DNA of 64,000 nucleotides from Bryobacterales bacterium (GTDB lineage Bacteria; Acidobacteriota; Terriglobia; Bryobacterales; UBA6623). This document shows positions 11,999 through 23,292 of the stretch, one piece after another (within the stretch, counting starts at the first letter, position 1; the number at the start of each line of letters is the position of its first letter). The notes under the pieces were generated by a model that did no database searches, had not been told where the DNA came from, and was given only the letters and a program-made list of their open reading frames with translations. The position numbers and the translations under genes are program-made. Location of the stretch: the NCBI GenBank assembly GCA_963422375.2, contig CAXXKD010000001.1, positions 384,001 to 448,000 of the forward strand, read 5' to 3'.

Positions 11999-12171
11999 AT
12001 TCGTTGAATCCTGCCAGCTGTTTACTAGGCTTGCATTACAATAATAGCACGGATGGCAAGGGATTGCCAGGAAACTCAAAACGCATGACAAGCCATTAAA
12101 ACTACATTTACTACAGTTCTATTCCATTGATTATATCGAATACTTAATAGACTAACTAAATGATAATTCTA

Positions 12172-13204
12172 CCTGATTACCAACGAATGTCAGCCGAGGA
12201 TATGCTATACTGGAGGAGGTCGGAAACCTCTGACAGGAAAGGGGATAGCTGATGAAACGCAATCGCGTGCAATTCCAGAAGGGACTCAGCCTGGGCAAGT
12301 TCCTGCAGCGCTACGGCAGCGAGGGGCCATGCGAGCAGGCCGTCTTCAAGGCCCGCTGGCCGGACGGCTTCCGCTGCCCGGAGTGCGGCTCCCGGCGGCA
12401 CTGCCGCATCCGCTCCCGCAAGCTCCGGCAGTGCCATGCCTGCCACCGCCGGACCTCCCTCGTCGCCGGCACGATCTTCGCCGCCACCAAGCTGCCGCTG
12501 ACCGTTTGGTTCCTGGCGCTCCACCTGCTGACGCAGGGCAAGCACGGCGTTTCGTCGCTGGAACTGGCGCGGCAGCCGGGGGTCAGCCGGAATACCGCCT
12601 GGAAGATGAAGCACAAGCTCTTGCAAATGATGAAGGAGCGCGACGAGCGCCTGCCGCTGGCCGGCATCGTGCAGGTGGACGACGCCTGCTGGGGCGGGGA
12701 GCGGAGCGGCGGCAAGCGCGGTCGCGGCGCGGCGGGCAAGACGCCGTTCGTGGCCGCCGTGCAGGTCACCGCCGCCGGCCAGCCGGCAAGGATGCGTATG
12801 AGCAGCGTGGCGGGCTTGCGCAAGAAGACGCTGGCAGCGTGGGCCGGGCGGCACTTGCAGCCCGGCACGAAGGTGCATTCCGACGGCCCGGCCTGCTTCC
12901 GGGGCGTGGCCGACGCCGGCTGCGAGCACGTGCCGACCGTCACCGGAGGCGGGAAGCGGAGCTGCGGGGATTCCCGCTTCGTCCGGGTCAACACGATGCT
13001 GGGGAACGTCAAGCAGTCCCTGGCGGGAACCTGCCATGCGCTCGACGGCAAGCACCTGCCGCGGTACCTCGCCGAGTTCCGCTACCGCTTCAACCGCCGC
13101 TACGATCCGGAGGCGCTGGTCCCCCGCCTGCTCCACGCCTCCGTGCGCACCCCGCCCAGGCCTTACCGCCTCCTAACCTTGGCTGCGTCTTGTGGGTAAT
13201 CAGG
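12172..13204 (+). mobile_element. IS1595 family element type A, copy 1 (transposase 12252-13199)
   Basis: TIRs CCTGATTACC...GGTAATCAGG; 8-bp TSD TAATTCTA at 12164-12171 and 13205-13212; Zn ribbon plus VDDA/HSDG/YLAEF motifs. Confidence 0.95.
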
Positions 13205-13269
13205 TAATTCTATGAGCTCGGGATTTTTGCAAAAGGCTCAACTGCAACTGTTTTCAGGCGGTAGGTGCT

Positions 13270-14939
13270 ATGGAATCCATGGTCGCAGCCGCAGGCTCCC
13301 AAGGCGTTCCGTGCCGCAATCCGCCCCGTCGCCGTCCGCTTCGATCACGAGCGCAGCAGCTCCGACGGCGGCGCTGTCCCGGTCGAGGCCGCCGACCGCG
13401 CTCCCGGCCTCACCGCGGCGTTCGCCGACTGCCTGCGCGACCGGCGCCAGCCCTCCGAGGGGCTCCACTCCCTGGCCGACAGGCTCCGCCAGCGCATCTA
13501 CGGCCTCGCCTGCGGCTAGGAGGACTGCAACGACGCCGGGCGCCTTGGCGGCGACCCCGTGTTCAAGCTGCCGCTCGGGGGCGACCCCTTGCAGGGCCGC
13601 GACCTGCCGTCCCGGCCCACCCTGTCGCGCTTCGAGAACGCCGTCACCGCGGACGCGCCGAGCGCGATGTCCGCGGTGCCGGCCCGCTGCGTCCTCCGGT
13701 GTCAGCGCGAGCAGCGCCCCGAGACGAGCATCGTCGAGCTGGACTTCGACCCGCCGCACGGGCACCGGCAGCTGGCGCTGTTCAACAGCTTCTGCGACAC
13801 GCATTGCTACTTGCCGCTGGTGGGCGCGGTGCGCCGCGACGCCGAGCGCCAGCGGCATCTCGTGGCGGCGCTGCCGCGCTCGGGCACGGCCGCGGACCGC
13901 TTGCTGCCGCTGCTGCGGGAATTCTTCCCGCGGGTGACGCTGCGCCTGCGCTTGGATGCGGGCTTCCAAGGGGACGAGCTGCTGGCCATGGCGAGCGCGA
14001 GGGCCTGGAGTACGTGGTGTGCCTGCAGAAGAACGCGGTGCCGGAGCGGCGCGCGGCCCCGTTGCGGGCGGCCGTCGAGGCCCGGCGCCCGCCCGGCGGC
14101 ACCCCGGGCGCGGACCCGGGTGGGGAAGCGGCGGCTGCGGGGGACCCGCCGTCCCGCCCGGAGCAGTTGCGAGCGAAGTACCCGCGGCTGGGAGCCCGCA
14201 CCTAAGGGGGCCGGCCGGACGCGGCGGCCCGGGCCCGCTGAACGGGCAGTTCGTCTACCGGGCGGGCCGCCGGTCGCGGTCGCGGCGCGTGATCGTCAAG
14301 GCGGACGTAAGCGAGTTTCCCGGGCGCGTCCCGAAGTGGTGACCAACGAGGGCGGCCGCCTGCAGCGCCTGTACGAGCGGACCTACCGTCTGCGGGGGGA
14401 CGTGAAGAACCGCGTCAAGGAGCTCAAGCAAGGGATGCGGATGGGCCGCGTCGCCTGCTCGAGCTTCGCGGCGAACCAGTTCCGCGCACCGCTCGCGGCG
14501 TCGGCCTACGCGATCATGCAGGAACTGCGCTGGCAGGCGCGGGAGACGCCACTACGGAAGCGCCAGGTGGACGGGTTGCGCCTCAGCCTGCCGAAGCCGG
14601 GGGGCGGGTCGCGGCCACGGCGGAGCGGATCGTGCTGCACGTGCCGCGGATGACACCGTTCCGGGACGCCTGGGTGGTGGCACGGGGCTTGGGGGCCGTG
14701 CCGATATGACGCCGGGCCGGGTCAATCGGGAGAGTGCGTCGGCAGGCGCTGGGCGCCGCCGGGGGAAACCGTGCCTGTCTCCCGGGCGGGCACCGCCGCC
14801 GAGGTGCCCGAGGCCCGCACGCCGCTCGCGAGACGCCCCACATTTCCCGCCCGCAGGTGATTCGGAAGCAGATTCGGCGGCCATCGAGAGCCCGGAAACC
14901 GGATCCATGAGCCTGCGCCGCATTCATGAATAATGCGGG
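13270..14939 (+). pseudogene. IS1380 family transposase remnant
   Basis: SSDGG, RQRIYGLACG*EDCND, LSRFEN, RGDVKNRVKELK, FAANQFR; stop codon and several frameshifts; right end ATGAATAATGCGGG. Confidence 0.85.
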
Positions 14940-15540
14940 CTAGGAGACCGAAGCCAGTGAATCGGCTCTGGATGCGCTGCGTCGCAATTGCGCGCCGGAC
15001 CCGCCAGTCATCCAATGCCAAGCTTGATGGGCGAAAACGGTACCCGAGGTGTCACCGAAAGAGGCTGCCCGCAGACTCATGAAACCGGTCGAACTTCGCT
15101 ACATCTGCGGGCCTTGGTGCGAGAGCCAGGCGGAATACTCGTAGGCATTGCCCCCGATAATCCCAGATCGATCTCCCTCGCGGTCTCCAGTGAGGACTAC
15201 CCGGGGTCGGGTTGTCGGCCCGAGCGCCCGGAACGCCGGACCTCGTGTACGAGCTGCCAGCGCGCCCCGGGTGATCGCAAAGGATCGACGCACTGACATG
15301 CGACAGGTCGACGCTGACAAAGGAGGCCGAGTCTCCCCGCTCTGAATCTTCCCGCCTTGGCCCGTCCGCACGTCCAACGGCCTGAAACCGGCGCTCTAGC
15401 ACCACGAGTTCCGGCTATCGGTGACCGCGAAGGGCAGCTGCCCTCGTCGCCCGAAACGATGCTGGCGGCCCTCGCAGTTTTGCGGTCACGATCCGCAGGC
15501 GGGACCGGACTCGTCTGTCAGCGGGCCGAGCGCGGCCCGG

Positions 15541-15894
15541 CTAACGCTTATCGGGGATGTGGATCACGATCTCGCCCGGTCTGGACCAGCCCAGCTGCTC
15601 CCTAGCCCGCTTCTCGATGCCGAATCGGCCCGGCATGAGCGCGTCGACCTCCGCCTCCAAGGCCTCGTTCTCGCTCTCGAGACGCTCGATTTGCTCCTTC
15701 AGATCTGCCTCCTTGCCAAGCGTCTCGACGAGCGATTGGAACGGGCCAATGCCGTTTACGTGAAGCACGCCGCCGAGCACGGCCACGGCCGGAATGCCGT
15801 ACAGCCAGACTGTCCACGGCGACATTCGCCGGGGACGGGCCCCGGCCTGCTCCCGGATCTTCTCGTGACGCTGGATGAAGCTGCGATCCGTCAC
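15541..15894 (-). CDS. ftsB: Septum formation initiator FtsB/DivIC
   Basis: TM helix, coiled coil and IEKRAREQLGWSRPGE motif. Confidence 0.85.
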   Translation of the reverse strand: MTDRSFIQRHEKIREQAGARPRRMSPWTVWLYGIPAVAVLGGVLHVNGIGPFQSLVETLGKEADLKEQIERLESENEALEAEVDALMPGRFGIEKRAREQLGWSRPGEIVIHIPDKR

Positions 15895-15935
15895 CAGTCC
15901 CCCCAGCTAGCAATGGTACCAGCATCCCGCCAATC

Positions 15936-15971
15936 TTAGATTCCCCTGTTTCGTTAGATTCCCCTGTTTCG
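15936..15971. repeat. Perfect 18-bp tandem duplication TTAGATTCCCCTGTTTCG x2
   Basis: Read directly, in the divergent intergenic region upstream of ftsB. Confidence 0.9.
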
Positions 15972-16005
15972 GCGGCGGGAGGATTGCCTGCTATAGTTCG
16001 GTGGC

Positions 16006-16935
16006 ATGGCAGTTGTCCCGCCGTCGATTCCTCTGGGACGCAGGGCGTTCCTGGGCGCGTTGGCCGCCGTCGCGGGCGCGGCCGGCAAGCGTAAGTTCTA
16101 CACAGCTTTTGTGCCCGGCAGCCTCGGGGTCGAGGCTGACCAGGCGCACGCAATCGTCATGGCCGCTAGGTACGGCTTCGAGTCGGTACAACCCTTTCCG
16201 GCCGACCTGCTCAGGGACGGGGTCCGGCGTCATGTCGATGCCCTCGATATGCGCGGCCTGCGATGGGCGGCGGCCGGTCTACCGGTGAACTTCCGCGGGG
16301 GCGACGCAGAATTCGAGGACGGGATCGGCTCCCTTGCGCCGAAGGCGGACGCGCTGCAACGGGCCGGAGCGGCCCGTGTCGGGACTTGGCTGACGCCTTC
16401 GAGCGAGACGCTGACCTACGTGCGAAACTTCAAGCGGACGGCGGCGCGCCTGCGGCGCGTTGCCGAGGTTCTCGGCGACCACGGCCTGCGCCTAGGCCTA
16501 GAGTATGTCGGCACGAAGCGGAACTGGACGGCCTCCCGTCACTCGTTCGTGCATACGATGGCAGGTACCAAGGACCTGATCGCGGAAATCAACCGGCCCA
16601 ATGTCGGCTTCGTCCTGGACTCGTGGCACTGGTGGACTTCTCGCGAGACCGGCGACGACATCCGCGCCCTGTCCGCCAGCGAGGTCGTCTCGGCGGATCT
16701 CAACGACGCGCCTCGCGGGATTCCGCGGGACGAGCAGCACGACAACCGACGCGAGCTTCCGCTCGCCACGGGCGTGATCGACCTCCGGGAGTTCTTGGAA
16801 GCGCTGGTGGCGATCGGCTACGACGGGCCCATTCGCGCCGAGCCGTTCTCGCGCAAGCTCAGCGAAATGGACGACGGCGAGGCCAGCCGGCTCGCCGCCG
16901 AGGCCATGCGCAAGGCGTTCGACCTGGTGGCGTGA
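16006..16935 (+). CDS. Sugar phosphate isomerase/epimerase (xylose isomerase-like TIM barrel), Tat signal
   Basis: RRAFLG leader; GLEY, LDSWHW, DLND, GYDGPIRAEPF. Confidence 0.85.
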   Translation: MAVVPPSIPLGRRAFLGALAAVAGAAGKRKFYTAFVPGSLGVEADQAHAIVMAARYGFESVQPFPADLLRDGVRRHVDALDMRGLRWAAAGLPVNFRGGDAEFEDGIGSLAPKADALQRAGAARVGTWLTPSSETLTYVRNFKRTAARLRRVAEVLGDHGLRLGLEYVGTKRNWTASRHSFVHTMAGTKDLIAEINRPNVGFVLDSWHWWTSRETGDDIRALSASEVVSADLNDAPRGIPRDEQHDNRRELPLATGVIDLREFLEALVAIGYDGPIRAEPFSRKLSEMDDGEASRLAAEAMRKAFDLVA

Positions 16936-16980
16936 CCTCCCGGCCCGCTTTCGGGCCGGGCTCCCGTTCCCTGTGGCAAG

Positions 16981-18648
16981 ATGAGACTTGGGAGCGTGCG
17001 CGTGGTCCCGGTCCGCACATGGCTTGCCGCCGGGTTGGCGTGCGTCGGCCCCTGGGGGCTGGCTTCCGGCCAGCCCCGGCCGCTTCTCTCCTGCACGACC
17101 GCGGCATCTCCCGGGCCCGTCTACGCCGGCGGTATCGCCGAGTCTCTCGCTGACATCGTCCTGACGTGCGATGCCAATGGCGGCGCAGGCCCGTCGGCAG
17201 CCCCGGATGTGCGGGTTGACGTCTCGGTCACCTTGAACGTGAGCGTTTCCAACGCCGTCGGCGCGGGCGGCGACGGCGAGCTGAGCGATGCCGTCCTCTC
17301 GGTGAACGACAACGATTGCGACGCGCCGAGCACCAGCGGTTCTTCGTTCGGGGTTTGCGACGCTCCGCGCGCGGACGTGCAGGACCCGCAGTTCGGGCGC
17401 CTCGCGTCGCCCACGACGCTCGAATGGCTCGACGTGACCCTGCCGCCGTCCGCGGCCCGAGCGACGCTGCGGATCCGCGGAATCCGGGGCAACGCTTCGC
17501 AGCTGCGCCTAGTGGCCGGTACCGGGCAACCCAGTCCTCCCGTCACGGCGACGGTGAGCGTTCGCTCAGATACAGCCGTCGCCGTGAGAAACAGCGTGGT
17601 GAGGCTCGGCTTCCCGATTCCGGGAGTCGCCGTGGAAGTTGCCGAGGCGTCCTCCTCCGCCGCCTGTCTCGGCGACCTACGGGGCAGGGCTTCAATTCGG
17701 CTGAAGGAGGGCTTTACCCACGCCTTCACAGCCGTGCCAGCGAAACGCTCGGGGAGCGCTTCGACGCGCATTCTCCTCGACTTCCACGACGTGCCGGACG
17801 ACGTATCGGTGAGCCTGTCACCGGCGGTGGGATGCCACCAGCCCGACCACGACGGCAGCGACGCCGACGGCAGGGACAGGGCCACTCTCGGCTTGGTGAG
17901 CGGGCACGGACGAGACGGCACCGGCGGGGTCGCCGGCCACGGCCCGCTCGAGTCGCCGCCCACTGTCGCGGTCGCCTTGGACCACGGTTTCGGGAGGGCT
18001 GTCTACGAGGTGCAGTCGGACGATCCCACGCGGGTGGAGGACTGTCACGTGCCCGTCCGGCTCGAGTCAGAATCCGACCGGGTGTCAAGCGCTCGCGTCA
18101 GCGTGCGGGCAGGGCTAGGGCCTCTCGGTGCTGCTTACGTCTCGAGCGAGGACGCGCCGGTTCCTCGGTTCGCCGCTCCGCCTCTGTCCAGTGCCGTCGA
18201 CATTGACCTCGCCGCCTGCGGAACTACGCTGCTCTTTCCGTTCGTAACGAACCAAGCGGGCTTTTCCACGTCGCTCCTCATCACTCACGGATCGAGGCAG
18301 GCGCTGACGAGTTCGTCGCCGGGCCGGGCGGCCTCCTGCGACCTGCACTACTACGGCTCGACTTCCGAAGGCCGTGGAGTGCTGCTGGTGCAGCACTCCA
18401 CGGCTATCGATCCCGGGGAGCAGCTGTCATTCAACCTTGCGGCTGGCAACTTGGAACAGAACATCGTCGGAACGGAGCAGTTTCAAGGCTACATCATGGC
18501 GGTCTGCGGCTATCCGGACGCTCGCGGCTACGCCTTCATCTCGGACGGCTTCGGCGACATCCCCGACTTGGCGATGGGCTATCTAGCCCCTGTCGTTCCG
18601 CTGGGCCCGGGCGGCAGGCGCTTGCCGATGGGCGAGGGCCAGCCGTGA
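16981..18648 (+). CDS. Secreted Cys-paired beta-rich hypothetical protein, paralogue 1
   Basis: Signal peptide; shares DAVL, VQDP, IRxNAS, EGF..AF, AVYEV, CGTTL(L/F)FPFVT, FQGY, GYLA motifs with the next gene. Confidence 0.75.
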   Translation: MRLGSVRVVPVRTWLAAGLACVGPWGLASGQPRPLLSCTTAASPGPVYAGGIAESLADIVLTCDANGGAGPSAAPDVRVDVSVTLNVSVSNAVGAGGDGELSDAVLSVNDNDCDAPSTSGSSFGVCDAPRADVQDPQFGRLASPTTLEWLDVTLPPSAARATLRIRGIRGNASQLRLVAGTGQPSPPVTATVSVRSDTAVAVRNSVVRLGFPIPGVAVEVAEASSSAACLGDLRGRASIRLKEGFTHAFTAVPAKRSGSASTRILLDFHDVPDDVSVSLSPAVGCHQPDHDGSDADGRDRATLGLVSGHGRDGTGGVAGHGPLESPPTVAVALDHGFGRAVYEVQSDDPTRVEDCHVPVRLESESDRVSSARVSVRAGLGPLGAAYVSSEDAPVPRFAAPPLSSAVDIDLAACGTTLLFPFVTNQAGFSTSLLITHGSRQALTSSSPGRAASCDLHYYGSTSEGRGVLLVQHSTAIDPGEQLSFNLAAGNLEQNIVGTEQFQGYIMAVCGYPDARGYAFISDGFGDIPDLAMGYLAPVVPLGPGGRRLPMGEGQP

Positions 18649-20489
18649 GCGCTCGAGTCCGTCTGGCCAGGAGTGTCCTGATGGGACTAAACCGGCCCGG
18701 CCGGTGCGGGGCCCGCTGGGCGGTCCTGCTGCTCGCCTGCTGCGGGGCCCGAGCCCAAGAGACGCTCCCGGACCCGAGCGCGGATCTGGGTGACATCTAT
18801 TGCACGGCGACGGCAACCGTGCCCCTCGTGCGGCTCGAGGGCACGAGCGAGCTGGTGGGCGACATTCTGCTTACCTGCTACAACTCCGGCGCGGTTACCG
18901 CGGTTACTAGGCCTTTCTCGAGCGGGTTTCTGGAAGCGGATGTGAGGCTCTCGCTGAATGTGGCTGTCGGCAACCGCGTGGGCACCGGAGGGGCACTGGC
19001 AGACGCGGTCCTCGTCGTCAACGGCAAGGACTGCCCTGCGTCCGGCGCGGCGCGCACCTTCGCCTCGTGCGGCCATGCCGACAGGACAGTCCAGGATCCG
19101 ATGCTGGCGTACCGGGACTCCTCGCAGCGCGGCACCCTGACTTGGCGCGGAGTCGCGATTCCGATCCCCGGTGCGCCGACGGGTGCCGACGGAGGCCGTG
19201 CGGCGCCGGTGGCGGACTGCTCCGGACGGTACGGGCTTCCGGGCGGATGTCACCCCCGCGCGACCACCATCCGCCTGACCAACATTCGTGCCAACGCCTC
19301 CGAGCTGGGTGCTAGCGGCGAGCCGACCGCGGTGGCTATCCCGATCGAGGCTTCGCTGGATGTGGCCGCTCCGGGCGCGACGGTGCGGATCGAAGGCGGC
19401 CTCCTGCGGGTAGCGGAAGCCGCTGCGGGGCTGAAGGCTGGAGTGCGCTCCCCGGTGCCCGAGCGCCTCTGCTCCCATGGCGAGACAGTCTCCGAAGTCG
19501 CCGTTTCCGAGGGATTCGCCACCGCCTTCAAGACAAGGGGAGTTGCCTCGGACCGGCCAGGTGACCCGGGCTGGGACGAGGCCTTCTACCGCCTCGCCGC
19601 GGACGGCTTCGATCCCGACGCCGGGCTGGCTGGCACGCGGATCCGCGTCGCGCTGGCCGGCCTTCCGGCGGGGGTGTCAGTCTTCGCGCCGACCCGCGTC
19701 GCATGTGCGCCCGACGGACTGCCCGGTACGCTGGAGCTGCGGTTAGTCGAGGGCGCTTCCGCCAGCGGGCTCGGCGGGTCGCTTGCCGGCAGCGCCGGAG
19801 GCGAGCGGTCCATGCTCGCGAGCGAGGACTTCGGGGCGCGGGCCGTGTACGAGGTCACGCAGGCCGACCCGCTGGTCCGGGAGGAATGCAGCATTCCCAT
19901 CCGCTTCGAGCGAACAGACCTCAATGCAAGGGCGGCCTTCGGCAGCAGAGTAGTCCTGTCCGTCGGCCTCGCCCCGGCCGGGCCGCCATCGCCTGGAGGT
20001 CGCGGGGACTACGGGCAGCGTTTCGTCAACGTCAACCGGCGAGGCCGACCGCGGATTGACCTTGTCGACTGCGGCACGACTCTGTTTTTCCCCTTCGTTA
20101 CAAGCCGCACTAACTTCGACACCGGGGTCGTGATAGCGAACACTTCGGCCGACCCGCTTGGTACCAGGCACGAGTCCGGCCAGTGCATCCTGCGCTACCA
20201 CGGCTCGCGGCAGTCCGGCCAGCCGGTCGAGCCGTCCATCCAGAGGTCGGCTTCTGTGCAGCCCGGCAAGCAGCTGGCCTTCACTGTCTCAAGCGGCAGC
20301 CCGGCTAACGGTCTCGCGCCCTTGGCAGGCTTCCAGGGCTACTTGGTCGCCGAGTGCGAGTTCCGGCACGCGCACGGATTCGCGTTCGTGACCGAGCAGG
20401 TCAACGGCGCTGCCATCTTGGCCCAGGGCTATCTCGCCGAGATCGTGCACGGGGAGGCCAGCGCAGGGGCGTCCGCTGGGCCTCCCTAG
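18645..20489 (+). CDS. Secreted Cys-paired beta-rich hypothetical protein, paralogue 2
   Basis: GTGA overlap with paralogue 1; collinear motifs; CTATATVPLVRLEGTSELVGDILLTC N-terminus. Confidence 0.75.
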   Translation: MSARVRLARSVLMGLNRPGRCGARWAVLLLACCGARAQETLPDPSADLGDIYCTATATVPLVRLEGTSELVGDILLTCYNSGAVTAVTRPFSSGFLEADVRLSLNVAVGNRVGTGGALADAVLVVNGKDCPASGAARTFASCGHADRTVQDPMLAYRDSSQRGTLTWRGVAIPIPGAPTGADGGRAAPVADCSGRYGLPGGCHPRATTIRLTNIRANASELGASGEPTAVAIPIEASLDVAAPGATVRIEGGLLRVAEAAAGLKAGVRSPVPERLCSHGETVSEVAVSEGFATAFKTRGVASDRPGDPGWDEAFYRLAADGFDPDAGLAGTRIRVALAGLPAGVSVFAPTRVACAPDGLPGTLELRLVEGASASGLGGSLAGSAGGERSMLASEDFGARAVYEVTQADPLVREECSIPIRFERTDLNARAAFGSRVVLSVGLAPAGPPSPGGRGDYGQRFVNVNRRGRPRIDLVDCGTTLFFPFVTSRTNFDTGVVIANTSADPLGTRHESGQCILRYHGSRQSGQPVEPSIQRSASVQPGKQLAFTVSSGSPANGLAPLAGFQGYLVAECEFRHAHGFAFVTEQVNGAAILAQGYLAEIVHGEASAGASAGPP

Positions 20490-20539
20490 GTGTCGGTAGG
20501 GAATTGGCGCTTGCTAGATTGGTTAGGGGAGAGTTAGGA

Positions 20540-21562
20540 GTGCCTTCAGAATCGGGGCGGGACCAAGCATCGCAGGGGGCGGACGTCCGCGAAATCGGCC
20601 GGCGGGTCGAGTCCGAGGCGGCCGTGCTGGCCGCGGTGCGTCGCGAGATCGGACGGATCATCGTCGGACAGGAAGCGCTGGTCGACGGACTCATTCTCGC
20701 TCTGCTTTGCAACAATCACGTGCTCATCGAGGGCGTGCCGGGTCTTGCGAAGACGCTGTCCGTGACGACGCTCGCCGGGGCGATCCGAGCCTCGTTCCGG
20801 CGAATCCAGTTCACGCCCGACCTGCTACCGGCCGACCTGATCGGCACGATGATCTACTCCCCGCGGGACGGAGGCTTCAGCACCAAGAAGGGCCCGATCT
20901 TCGCCAATGTCGTGCTGGCCGACGAGATCAACCGCGCCCCGGCTAAGGTGCAGAGCGCCCTGCTCGAGGCCATGCAGGAGCGACAGGTGACGATCGGGGA
21001 AGAGACCTATGCGCTTGACGATCCATTCCTAGTGCTCGCCACGCAGAATCCGATCGAGCAGGAAGGCACCTATCCGCTGCCGGAAGCGCAGGTCGACAGA
21101 TTCATGTTCAAGCTGCGCGTGGGCTACCCGACGCGGGCACAGGAACTCGAGATCCTCCGACGCATGGCGCGAACTCGAGTGGAGCACGAAGTCGCCCCGG
21201 TTCTCGCCCCGGCCGACATCGTGCGGCTGCGGCAGCTGGCTGACTCGGTCTACATGGACGCGAAGATCGAGGAGTATATCGTTGACCTAATCGAGGCGAC
21301 CCGGCGGCCCGAGGAATACAAGCTGGATATCGGCGAGTGGATTCGGCACGGCGCATCGCCCCGAGCCACGATCTATCTCGCCATGGCAGCGCGCGCTCGC
21401 TCGATGCTGCAAGGCCGGGGATTCGTGATCCCGCAAGATGTCAAGTCGGTGGCCCCGGACGTTCTACGGCACCGCGTCATGGTGACATACGAGGCGGAAG
21501 CGGAAGAACTCTCGCCCGAGGACATCGTGCAGCGGGTGCTGGACGGCGTTGAAGTCCCCTAG
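20540..21562 (+). CDS. moxR: MoxR family AAA+ ATPase
   Basis: [66 protein letters not shown] start inferred. Confidence 0.95.
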   Translation: MPSESGRDQASQGADVREIGRRVESEAAVLAAVRREIGRIIVGQEALVDGLILALLCNNHVLIEGVPGLAKTLSVTTLAGAIRASFRRIQFTPDLLPADLIGTMIYSPRDGGFSTKKGPIFANVVLADEINRAPAKVQSALLEAMQERQVTIGEETYALDDPFLVLATQNPIEQEGTYPLPEAQVDRFMFKLRVGYPTRAQELEILRRMARTRVEHEVAPVLAPADIVRLRQLADSVYMDAKIEEYIVDLIEATRRPEEYKLDIGEWIRHGASPRATIYLAMAARARSMLQGRGFVIPQDVKSVAPDVLRHRVMVTYEAEAEELSPEDIVQRVLDGVEVP

Positions 21563-21563
21563 C

Positions 21564-21957
21564 TAGTGCCCGGGACCGGCCCCCCATTTGGGCCGGAGTG
21601 GCGCGAATCGAGCATGTTCTCGGCACATGCGACCTATATTTTCAATATCTTCGTATTATACGCCGTGTTCCTTGTCGATTGTTGCGATTTCGCAAGGATC
21701 CTCGGAAGTCGCACGATGATACTTCAGCGAAGATAATCACGAATCCCGGCATTTCGGGCCGAATGACACGGGAATCTGGAATTCTTCGACCCGTAGTCTT
21801 GCCGACACCCACGGACGCGCAGTGGATAGTGCGGTCCATTGAGGTCACTGCATTGAGGAATACTAGAACATTAACAGAATAGACAAAATACCAATCAAGA
21901 ATCCACCCCATCTCCTGTTGCCTGCCCCAAGGTGAGTGGGTGTTGTTACAACCACTC
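21564..21957 (+). mobile_element. Degenerate MITE-like element (family 2) immediately after the moxR stop
   Basis: 21741-21957 aligns by eye with 56912-57128; ends resemble the TAGTGC..GTGACA ISNCY-type TIR. Confidence 0.55.
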
Positions 21958-22250
21958 GCTAGAGTCGTGCATCTCGTTGTGCGGCCGGCACCAGCCGGTC
22001 GGCGGGGCGACTCTCTCATGGAGAACCTCTGCCGTCATTGGGATCATCTTCGAGACGCCGTGGCGTTTGTCATACGTTCCGGAACGCGCCGAGTCGCCGG
22101 TCCACTTGCAAGGTTTGCGGCATCAGGGCAGGTAGGCTCGACTTGCTTGACCCTGTTGTGCCCAGCGGCAGAGTCATAGCCTTTCGTAAGGGAATTATAT
22201 ATCTGAGTTCCGAGGGAATCGAGTCGGCAAATTATCAAGCCATAATAAGA

Positions 22251-23292
22251 CCTGATTACCCACAAGACTCAGCCAAGGTTAGGAGGCGGTAAGGCATGGG
22301 CGGGGTGCGCACGGAGGCGTGGAGCAGGCGGGGGACCAGCGCCTGCAGGTCGTAGCGGCGGTTGAAGCGGTAGCGGAACTCGGCGAGGTACCGCGGCAGG
22401 TGCTTGCCGTCGAGCGCATGGCAGGTTCCCGCCAGGGACTGCTTGACGTGCGCCAGCAGCGTGTTGCTCCAGACGCAGCGGGAATCCCCGCAGCTCCGCT
22501 TCCCGCCTCCGGTGCCGGTCGGCACGTGCTCGCAGCCGGCGTCGGCCCCGCCCCGGAAGCAGGCCAAGCCGTCGGAATGCACCTCCGTGCCGGGCTGCAA
22601 GTGCCGCCCGGCCCACGCTGCCAGCGTCTTCTTGCGCAAGCCCGCCACGCTGGCCACGCTGCTCAGGCGCATCCTTGCCGGCTGGCCGTCGGCGGTGACC
22701 TGCACGGCGGCGACGAACGGCGTCTTGCCCGCCGCGCCGCGCCCGTGCTTGCCGCCGGTCCGCTCCCCGCCCCAGTAGGCATCGTCCACCTGCACGATGC
22801 CGCCCGGCGGCACGCGCTCGTCGCGCTCCTTCATCGCTTGCAGGAGCTTGTGCTTCACCTTCCAGGCCATGTTCCGGCTCACGCCCAGCTGCCGCGCCAG
22901 TTCCAGCGGCGAAACGCCGTGCTTGCCCTGCGTCAGCAGGTGGATCGCCAGGAACCAGACGGTCAGCGGCAGCTGGGTGGCGGCGAAGATCGTGCCGGCG
23001 ACGAGGGAGGTCTGGCGGTGGCAGGCATGGCACTGCCAGAGCTTGCGGGAGCGGATACGGCAGTGCCGTCGGGAGCCGCACTCCGGGCAGCGGAAGCCGT
23101 CCGGCCAGCGGGCGTTGAAGACGGCGTGCTCGCATGGCCCCTCGCTGCCGTAGTGCTGCAGGAACTTGCCCAGGCTGAGTCCCTTCTGGAATTGCACGCG
23201 ATTGCGTTTCAGCTGCTATCCCCTTTCCTATTAGAGATTTCCGACCTCCTCCAGTATAGCATATCCTCGTCTGGTGTTCGTTGGTAATCAGG
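22251..23292 (-). mobile_element. IS1595 type A, copy 2
   Basis: Same TIRs as 12172-13204; ATG replaced by CTG; 9-bp in-frame duplication (SSVASVA); no matching TSD. Confidence 0.9.

Larger units (their letters stand above)
10640..13239 (-). mobile_element. IS5/IS1182-like element carrying a nested IS1595
   Basis: Inverted termini GAGCCTTTTGCAAAA (10640) and TTTTGCAAAAGGCTC (13239); family assignment tentative. Confidence 0.7.

Noticed and set aside
14940..15540. Unexplained intergenic stretch, possible ncRNA or decayed gene
   Set aside because: No recognisable structure or protein motif
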